This document shows positions 7,834 to 14,969 of a stretch of 14,969 nucleotides of DNA, piece after piece. Numbering within the stretch: the first letter of the stretch is position 1; every line of letters starts with the position of its first letter. The position numbers and the translations under genes were made by a program. The notes beneath the pieces are model-generated. The model was not told the origin of the DNA. It did no database searches and was given only the letters and a program-made list of their open reading frames with translations. The DNA comes from Octopus sinensis (Eukaryota), in contig NW_021825656.1 of the NCBI RefSeq assembly GCF_006345805.1, forward strand, positions 1 through 14,969. Reading direction: 5' to 3'.

Positions 7834-10025
7834 GTTATTATTAGGGCGACGAGCTGGTAGAATCGTTCGCGGTATTTCGCCCGTCGGTCGCTCTGTTCTG
7901 AGTTCGAATTCCGCCGAGTTCGACTTTGCCTTTCATCCTTCCGGGGTCGATGAAATAATGTGATCGATTGCCCCCTCCCCCCACCTCCTTCGCCCCCACC
8001 ACACGAAATCCAGACATTGTGCCTATAGTAGAAAGGATTATTATTATTATTATCATTCCTGGCCAACTGACACACCGGGCGTTTTTCCGTCCTTGGTTCA
8101 AATCCCGCCGAAGCTGACTTTGCTTTTCATACTTTCGGGGTGGATAAAAATAAGTACCAGTTAAGCATTGGTGGGGGGGCAATGTTATCGACTGACCACA
8201 CCTCCTCCTCTAAAAAATTGCTGGTATTGTACCAAAATTCTGAAATCATCATTATTATCATTATTGGCGAACTGGCAGAATCGTTAAGCACGCCGGCCGA
8301 AATGCTTGGTGGTATTCTATCTTCCACTACGTTCCGAGTTCAAATTCCGCCGAGGTCGACTCTGCATTTTATCCTTTCGGGGTCGATAAATTAAGAACCA
8401 GTCAAGTACTGTGATCGATGTAATTGACTATCTCCCTCCCCACTAATTCCAGGCCTTGTGCCTTTAGTAGAAAGGATTATTATTATTATTATTAAAGCGG
8501 CGTGCTGGCAGAATCATTAGAGTACTGGGTAAAAAAAAATGTGCCCTTGCAATATTTGTCCTTCTTTACGGTCTAAGTTCAAATCGCGCCGCAACCAACT
8601 TTACTTCTCGTCCCTCCAGTGTCGATAAAATAAACAACCAACCAATTACTGAGCTGGGTGGGGGTGGGGATCGATGGTACCGGCTAACCCCTTTCTTCAA
8701 AATTGCTGGCCTTGTGCCGCAATCAGAAGCCAGCAATAGCGGCGAGCTGGCAGAATCGTCAGTACTTGCGCTCTGATGGCTATTCGCATTCTGAGTAACA
8801 AAATGATATTGACTTGGCTCTCTCTCTACCTTAAAATTGCTGGCTTTGTGCCCTAATTGAAAAGTCTTTATTCATCAAGGGAAAGTGGGTTTGGCAGAGT
8901 CGTTTGAGTGTCGGACAAATGCTTTGCGGAATTTCTTCCGACTGGGTTCCAATCCTATCGTAATCAAAGCGGCGAGCTGGCAGAAACGTTAGCACGCCGG
9001 GCGAAATGCGTAGCCGTATATTTCGTCTGCCGTTACGTTCCCAGTTCAAATTCCGCCGAGGTCGACTTTGCTTTTCATCCTTCCGGGGTCGATAAATTAA
9101 GTACCAGTTACGCACTGGGGTCGATATAATCGACTTAATCCCTTTGTCTGTCCTTGTTTGTCTCCTCTGTGTTTAGCCCCTTGTGGGCAGTAAAGAAATA
9201 TATCGTAATCAACTTTGCCTTTCAATTCCTCCACGTTCAATGTATCTATTTGTACCCTCTCCTTAATTTGCCAGCTTTGTGACTAAAGTAGAAATCGTTG
9301 TTAAATCAGAAGCTATCATCATCATCATCACCATAATTAAGGTGGCGAGCTAGCAGAATCGTTAAGTACGTCGGCCAAAATGCTGAAAAGCATTTCGTCT
9401 GCTTTTACGTTCTGAGTTCGAATTCCGCCAAGGTCGACTTTGCCTTTCATCCTTTCAGAGTCGATAAATTAAGTACCAGTTAGTTACACACTGGGGTCGA
9501 TGTAATCGACTAGTCCTCTCCCCAAAATTTCAGGCCCTGTGTCTCTAATAGAAAGGATTATCATTATTGTTGTTGTTGTCGTTATTGTTGTTGTTAAGGC
9601 GGCGAGCTGGCAGAATCGTTAGCACGCAGGGCAAAATGCTAAGCGGGAATTCGTCCGTCATTATGTTCCGAGTTCAAATCCTGCTGAGGTCGACTTTGTC
9701 TTTCGTCCTTTCGGGGGTCGATAAAACAAGTACCGGTCGAACACTGGAGTTGATATAATCGACTCATCCCCCTCCTCTAAAAAATTGCTGCCGCCCCTTT
9801 CTTTGGCAACTTTCGCGAGCTGGCGGAATCGCTAAGCACGCCGGACGAAATGCTTAGCGGTGTCTTTGCTCGTTGCTACGTTCCGGGTTCAAATTCCGCC
9901 GAGGTCGACTTTGCCTGACATTCTTTCGGGGGGGTCGATAAAATAAATACCAGTTGAACACTGAGGTCGATGTAATCGACTCATTCCCTTCCCCCACAAT
10001 TACATCCCTTGTGACAAACTTTGAA

Positions 10026-10028
<3 letters not shown>
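7290..10028 (+). mobile_element. Head-to-tail stack of 12 SINE A copies starting near 7290, 7563, 7845, 8059, 8266, 8496, 8739, 8878 (split), 8968, 9341, 9598 and 9815
   Basis: Recurrent head GGCGAGCTGGCAGAATCG, B-box-like GTTC(A/G)AAT, core GTCGACTTTGCCTTTCATCC and tail CCTTGTG...AGAAAGGATT. Most copies are separated by (ATT)n, (GTT)n or (ATC)n. Some copies (8059, 8739, 8878) are partial or degenerate. Confidence 0.9.
8968..9200 (+). mobile_element. Young SINE A copy nested in an older SINE A, with 12-bp TSD TATCGTAATCAA
   Basis: TATCGTAATCAA at 8956-8967 and 9201-9212. The host reads ...GGTTCCAATCC|TSD|CTTTGCCTTTCAATTCC across the insertion. Confidence 0.92.
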
Positions 10029-10083
<55 letters not shown>

Positions 10084-10084
10084 T

Positions 10085-10116
<32 letters not shown>

Positions 10117-10152
10117 TTACTACTACACTACTACTACTACTACTACTATTAT

Positions 10153-10187
<35 letters not shown>
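10029..10187. repeat. (ACT)n microsatellite following the last SINE of the stack
   Basis: Direct reading. Confidence 0.95.
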
Positions 10188-10470
10188 GCATGGGACTTCA
10201 CAAAAATATTTGTGGCAGTGCTGTTTGTCGTTTGATAAAATTATAGTTCATAGTCTTCGACTGATATGATTTGAAGCCAGAATGTAAAAGGACATATTGA
10301 TAAATAATAACGATCAGTTAACACTGACGCGAAATATGAAATGTATACGGAGATCGGGTACAGTCAATTAAATCGACTTTGAGGAAACGTTACAGATACC
10401 CGTTTCCCCCATTTTTTTTTCTTCTCTCTCTTCCCTTTTTATTTCTTTTCATTCTTTTCTATCGACACCG

Positions 10471-10937
10471 GGAAGACGGAGGAACCAATTTGAAACTCGG
10501 AGACTCTTTTTTTTTTCTTTTAATCAACACAGAGCGTAAAAATGACATTTAATGATGGTTTTCTAACATAAGACACACAAAGTCAGAAATATGGTAGCAA
10601 GCCAGCAGATCAAACCGACATCTATAATATTGATTGATATATTTTATATTACCGACCCTGCTTTGAGCAAAAGGTAAAAGTTGACCGCGATGGGATTTGA
10701 ACACAGGAAGACGGAGGAACCAATTTGAAACTCGGAGACTCTTTTTTCCTTTTAAATCAACACAGAGCGTAAAAATGACGTTTAATGATGGTTTTCTAAC
10801 ATAAGACACACAAAGTCAGAAATATAGTAGCAAGCCCAGCAGATCAAACCGACATCCAGTATTGATAGATATATTTTATATTACCGACCCTGCTTTGAGC
10901 AAAAGGTAAAAGTTGACATCGATGGGATTCGAACACA
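10471..10937. repeat. Tandem duplication of an approximately 235-bp unit (10471-10705 and 10706-10937)
   Basis: Both copies run GGAAGACGGAGGAACCAATTTGAAACTCGGAGACTC ... AAAGGTAAAAGTTGAC ... GATGGGATT(T/C)GAACACA, over 90% identical by eye. Confidence 0.95.
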
Positions 10938-11010
10938 GAAAGTAGAGGAGAACAGAGACGAGTATCGTAATTTAATTAGTCCCGCTTCTTAATAATTTGA
11001 TTCTATCACC
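10860..11010 (-). mobile_element. Degenerate SINE A copy whose core is also present in the first duplicate (about 10628-10705)
   Basis: ATTTTATATTACCGACCC ... AAAAGGTAAAAGTTGAC ... GGGATTCGAACACAGAA ... GATTCTATCACC resembles the reverse SINE A. Confidence 0.6.
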
Positions 11011-11129
11011 AACATCTAAAAGAGAAAATGATGTTGATGGTGATGACAATAAAGTAATTAAGTACGAATATCATTTTAGTCCCTGTGCATCTGGATAAAT
11101 TTAGCCCCTTTTCTGGTTACGTGTGAGGG

Positions 11130-11520
11130 CGGCTATGTATGTGTGTATTTGTGTGTGTGTGAATGTGTGTGTGTGTGTTGTGTATGCGTGTGTGTCAGTA
11201 CACACAACTAAAAACATACATCCATAGCTCATACGCACACGCTCACATACATACATGCACACACACACACACACACACATATGAACATACGTATACATGT
11301 ATATCTACGATTTAAGTGTGTACGCTCACATACATACATACATGCACACACACACACACACGCGCGGCGCGCACACACACACACACATGAAGATACGTAT
11401 ATATATGTATATGTACGTGTGTGTGTGTGTGTATGTGCGTACGTGAAAAATATACACACACACACACGTGCATACATATATGTGTGTGTGTGTGTGTGTG
11501 TGTTGTGCGTGTTTTTTGTG
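11130..11520. repeat. Mixed (TG)n/(CA)n/(TA)n dinucleotide region (similar tracts at about 11780-11895 and 12035-12075)
   Basis: Direct reading. Confidence 0.9.
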
Positions 11521-12032
11521 CACGTGTGTGCGACCCCCCGTCGAGTGATGACAGGCTGCTGTGTCTCTTTCGTTGTAGGTTCGATTCCTGACTCCTCGTC
11601 CCTGCAGCAGTCAGTCAATAAAGCTCGGAGTACATGATAGGTTCCGGCTGAAGACTTGCATGCCCCCCCCTCTCCTCGCAATAAATAACACTTACATGAA
11701 ATCTAAGCCAGAAAACGGGAGCTCCCAAAAATCCATTATGGTGTACGGGACGTTTTTTTTCTTTTTTCATTTCATACACACATATGTATTTGCACACACA
11801 CACACACACACATACGTGCGTGCGTGTTTGTGTGTATGTGTATGTGTGTGTGTGAGTGAGTGAGTGAGTGTGTGTGCACGCTTGCGTGCGTGTGTTGACT
11901 TCAGAATTTAGTCAAGACTTATGTCATTCTGTCTTTCAGCAAAAGACAAAAAAAAAAAATAGTCAATAAATACTCCGTTCCCACTTAAATGCATGACTGT
12001 ATATATATTATATTCATTAAAACATGTTGTGT

Positions 12033-12070
<38 letters not shown>

Positions 12071-12302
12071 GGCGCGCGTAATGGCAAAATCACACAGAGC
12101 ATTTAACAGTCATAAAAAGGCATAAAAAGAAATCGATAAATAGTTAATACATCTATTTATCAGTATAATAAACAGTTCCTTTGTTATCTGTAAGTCAATG
12201 AATAAGAATATGAATGAGAGAGAGAGACAGAGAGAGACAGAGACAGAGAGTAAGTAAAAGTTCTTTCTGTACAATTGAAATTATCAATGACAGATTAAAA
12301 GC

Positions 12303-12341
12303 AATAATAATAATAATATAAATAATAATTATAATAATAAT

Positions 12342-12388
<47 letters not shown>

Positions 12389-12400
12389 TAATAATAACAA
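12303..12400. repeat. (AAT)n microsatellite
   Basis: Direct reading. Confidence 0.95.
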
Positions 12401-12676
12401 TACTGGAACGAAATAAAATCAATGAGAAATGTAAAAAAAAAAAAAAGAAAGGAACTTTAGAAGAAGAATTTTTTTTTTCTTTTTTTAAGAATCATGATAA
12501 AAAAAAAAAAACTATGAAAACAAACTCTCTCTAAGTTGTATTGGCAAAAAATAACAGGTGTAAACGAAAAAGGAAGTAAAATGGATATACATGGAACCAC
12601 CAAAATTTACAAAACAAAAAGAATAAAGAAGAATGATATAGTAGAAGAATAGTAGAAGAAGAGAGAGAACGGTCAA

Positions 12677-12768
12677 CTAAATTGTAAGAAATAAATAAGA
12701 ATTATAAAAAGTCGATAGGAAAAGAAACGGTGAAGCAAAATAAGCAAGATATATAAATTCAATGAATC
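12677..12768 (-). CDS. Possible following exon (G)FIEFIYLAYFASPFLFLSTFYNSYLFLTI*
   Basis: Acceptor CTGTTTTCAG|GA lies after a 135-nt intron and is phase-compatible with the 12904 donor. The sequence is T-rich, so the hydrophobic peptide may be spurious, and there is no good donor. Confidence 0.15.
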
Positions 12769-12825
12769 CTGAAAACAGGCCTTTTTTTGCGTTGCAGAAT
12801 AATAATAATAATAATGATTATATAT

Positions 12826-12870
<45 letters not shown>

Positions 12871-12903
12871 GGCAAACAATATAGAGATTCTATACAGACT
12901 CAC

Positions 12904-13000
12904 CTAAAAGTTCAAAAGCTGTATACTTTTGAACATGAGTGATAACACCATATCCAAGTCCGTATGACTCACATGAAATATTTAAATAGCGAATAAGGTT
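12904..13000 (-). CDS. Candidate internal coding exon (97 nt), NLIRYLNISCESYGLGYGVITHVQKYTAFELL + 1 nt, product unknown
   Basis: Minus strand: branch-like CTGAT, acceptor TATTCTTTCACCAG|AAC, one open frame, donor TTTTAG|GTGAGT. The peptide is not low-complexity, but I do not recognise it. Confidence 0.35.
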
Positions 13001-13307
13001 CTGGTGAAAGAATAGTCTCTTGGAAAGAAATCAGTATTCATCTCACCCGCAATAAACAAAGAAAGCATAACAACTGTACATGTGTGTGTGTGGGTGTGTG
13101 TATATATACATATATATATATATGTATATATATATATGTATATGTATATATATATGTGTGTATATATGTGCGTGTGTATGTTTGTGTGTGTATGTGTGCG
13201 TGTAAAAGAGAAGGGAAACCGCAGCGCGTTCTGTTCTTGATAATTATATATATATATATATATGTGTATATATATATATATATGTATGTATAGATGTGTG
13301 TGGTGTA

Positions 13308-13483
13308 TAGTGAAAGTCGCTTATTATAATCACGGACAATTGTTATCAAGCGGTTATTGTTATCAAAATTTAGTGGGTCCCAAACAAGCTCAAGATGATG
13401 TTCTTAATAAACTCTCTTTAACGTTATCAGCCGGTTGTTGTTATCACCTTTCCAAAGTGATCACAATAAACAGGCTTCGACTG
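13308..13483. mobile_element. Degenerate Tc1/mariner-pogo-like MITE (176 bp) with TA flanks
   Basis: Left TAGTGAAAGTCGCTTATTATAATCAC versus right (reverse complement) CAGTCGAAGCCTGTTTATTGTGATCAC, 19/27 matches. TA at 13306-13307 and 13484-13485. Internal direct repeat 13341-13365/13422-13446 (21/25). Confidence 0.6.
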
Positions 13484-13489
13484 TATCTT

Positions 13490-13504
13490 GATAGATAGAT
13501 AGAC

Positions 13505-13548
<44 letters not shown>

Positions 13549-13549
13549 C

Positions 13550-13588
<39 letters not shown>
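13490..13588. repeat. (GATA)n microsatellite
   Basis: Direct reading. Confidence 0.95.
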
Positions 13589-13589
<1 letters not shown>

Positions 13590-13881
13590 CACACAGATGT
13601 GTGTGTGCTTATGTTTGTATTTGTGTGTGTATATTCGTCTGTGAGAATACGTGGGTATGGCTTGTTGATGTTTTTTTCTTTTCTCTTTCGTTTTTGGTTT
13701 TTCTTTTTCTTTTTCCTTTTCTTTTTTCTTTCTTTCTTTCTTTCTTTTTTTTTTAACAAATCATTTGAAAAATAAAGATGTAGAGAGATGAGTCAAAAAA
13801 AAGATTAGTACTTGAACGAGGAGAGAGCAGCGTTGTGCAAGAAAAACTATGACGCTTACAATGATATGCGTTGTACTGTAG

Positions 13882-13920
13882 GTACGTACGTACGTACGTA
13901 CGTATGTACGTATGTACGTA
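13882..13920. repeat. (TACG)n self-complementary tetranucleotide repeat
   Basis: GTACGTACGTACG..., decaying to TATG units. Confidence 0.85.
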
Positions 13921-14300
13921 TATATTGTGTGTGCAAGAACGGACGAACGATCTGGCGCCTTGTCGACACAAAGACGAAAAAATAATCAATGAAGGCCGGT
14001 CAACCCAAACAACAAGGCGGGGGACACGGCGACAACGACAAACGTTGATAAGAGAGAAGAGGGACGATCCCCTCTCAGCAACACTTATTCGCTAGAAAGT
14101 GTTGTGTACGTACATAGACATATATTCATAGACATACATATACATTATGTACAAGGGAGCGTGGCAACTGTCAATCCATCTGCCTGCCCTACCGCAGTCT
14201 TTTGCTTCTGTCCTTCCCCCTATTGCTGTGCAAACTCCCTTCGTGACATAGTCATATAAATAGACGTACGTATCCATACACATACACACTTATGTGTGTC

Positions 14301-14301
<1 letters not shown>

Positions 14302-14334
<33 letters not shown>

Positions 14335-14467
14335 GCATGTACATATGTGTGTGTGTATATCTATACATATAAATATTTGTGTGTGTGTAGATAGCACAAC
14401 ATGCACACACGTAAATACATAGATATACACAAACATAGACTCATACACACATACATACATACATACG

Positions 14468-14499
<32 letters not shown>

Positions 14500-14800
14500 T
14501 ATGTATGTGCATGTACATATGTGTGTGTGTGTATCTATACATATAAATATTTGTGTGTGTGTAGCTAGCACATGCACACACGTAAATACATAGGTATACA
14601 CACTCATAGACTCATACACACATACATACATACATATATATATATATGTATATATATATATGTATGTGCATGTACATATGTGTGTGTGTGTATATCTATC
14701 TATACATATAAATATTTGTGTGTGTGTGTAGCTAGCTCATGCACACACGTAAATACATTGATATACACACACATAGACTCATACACACATACATACATAG
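14302..14800. repeat. Minisatellite of three approximately 160-175-bp units built from microsatellite patches
   Basis: GTATGTGCATGTACATATGTG at 14329, 14503 and 14662. Each unit also has ATAAATATTTGTG, CATGCACACACGTAAATACAT and ATAGACTCATACACAC. Confidence 0.92.
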
Positions 14801-14969
14801 TATATATATATATATTATATATATATATATATATATATTATATTAATATATATATTATAATATACACACACTAAATGTAGATCTTGCTGGAGGGCAGAGG
14901 AGAGAGGCAAAGACATCGGTTTCAGCGAACCAAAGGGAGTAAGGAAGATATAGGTGGAAAGAGAAGGGA

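Noticed and set aside
7290-10028. CRISPR-like or integron-cassette-like array (recurring palindromic repeats with variable spacers)
   Set aside because: Units are about 200-230 bp with Pol III A/B boxes, divergent, and dispersed elsewhere in both orientations. Spacers are microsatellites, and there are no cas or integrase genes. These are SINEs.
11574-11595. Isolated B-box/T-loop motif GGTTCGATTCC
   Set aside because: The T-stem is incomplete, with no upstream A-box or cloverleaf. It overlaps the candidate splice acceptor and is likely coincidental.
11696-11702. 7-nt minus-strand microexon (CTTAG|ATTTCAT|GTAAGT)
   Set aside because: Too short, frame-shifting and unsupported by any neighbouring exon.
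13809-13881. Possible plus-strand exon YLNEERAALCKKNYDAYNDMRCTV before AG|GTACGT
   Set aside because: The acceptor lacks a pyrimidine tract, and the donor-like motif is the start of the (TACG)n repeat.

Overview
This window is AT-rich, microsatellite-dense eukaryotic DNA that is almost entirely non-coding. Its two abundant tRNA-derived SINE families match my recollection of Octopus (coleoid cephalopod) repeats; that assignment is recognition from memory, not a database result. I see no recognisable protein-coding gene, and nearly all supplied ORFs are read through microsatellites or SINEs. Main contents: (1) about 20 copies of SINE family A, including a head-to-tail, same-strand stack of 12 copies at 7290-10028, with one young copy nested in an older copy and a 12-bp TSD; (2) one full-length SINE family B copy (5886-6280, minus strand); (3) three small non-autonomous DNA transposons: a Merlin-like element with 37-bp TIRs and an 8-bp TSD (3899-4178), a Tc1/mariner-like MITE that has captured 51 bp of SINE B (4842-4974), and a degenerate pogo/Tc1-like MITE (13308-13483); (4) a hairpin-rich 115-bp element inside a (TA)n tract; (5) a 235-bp tandem duplication, a 3-copy minisatellite and many simple repeats; (6) a tentative minus-strand exon at 12904-13000 with a possible following exon. 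I found no evidence for a new multi-gene system. The interesting biology is in how the transposable elements are organised and how they have exchanged sequence.
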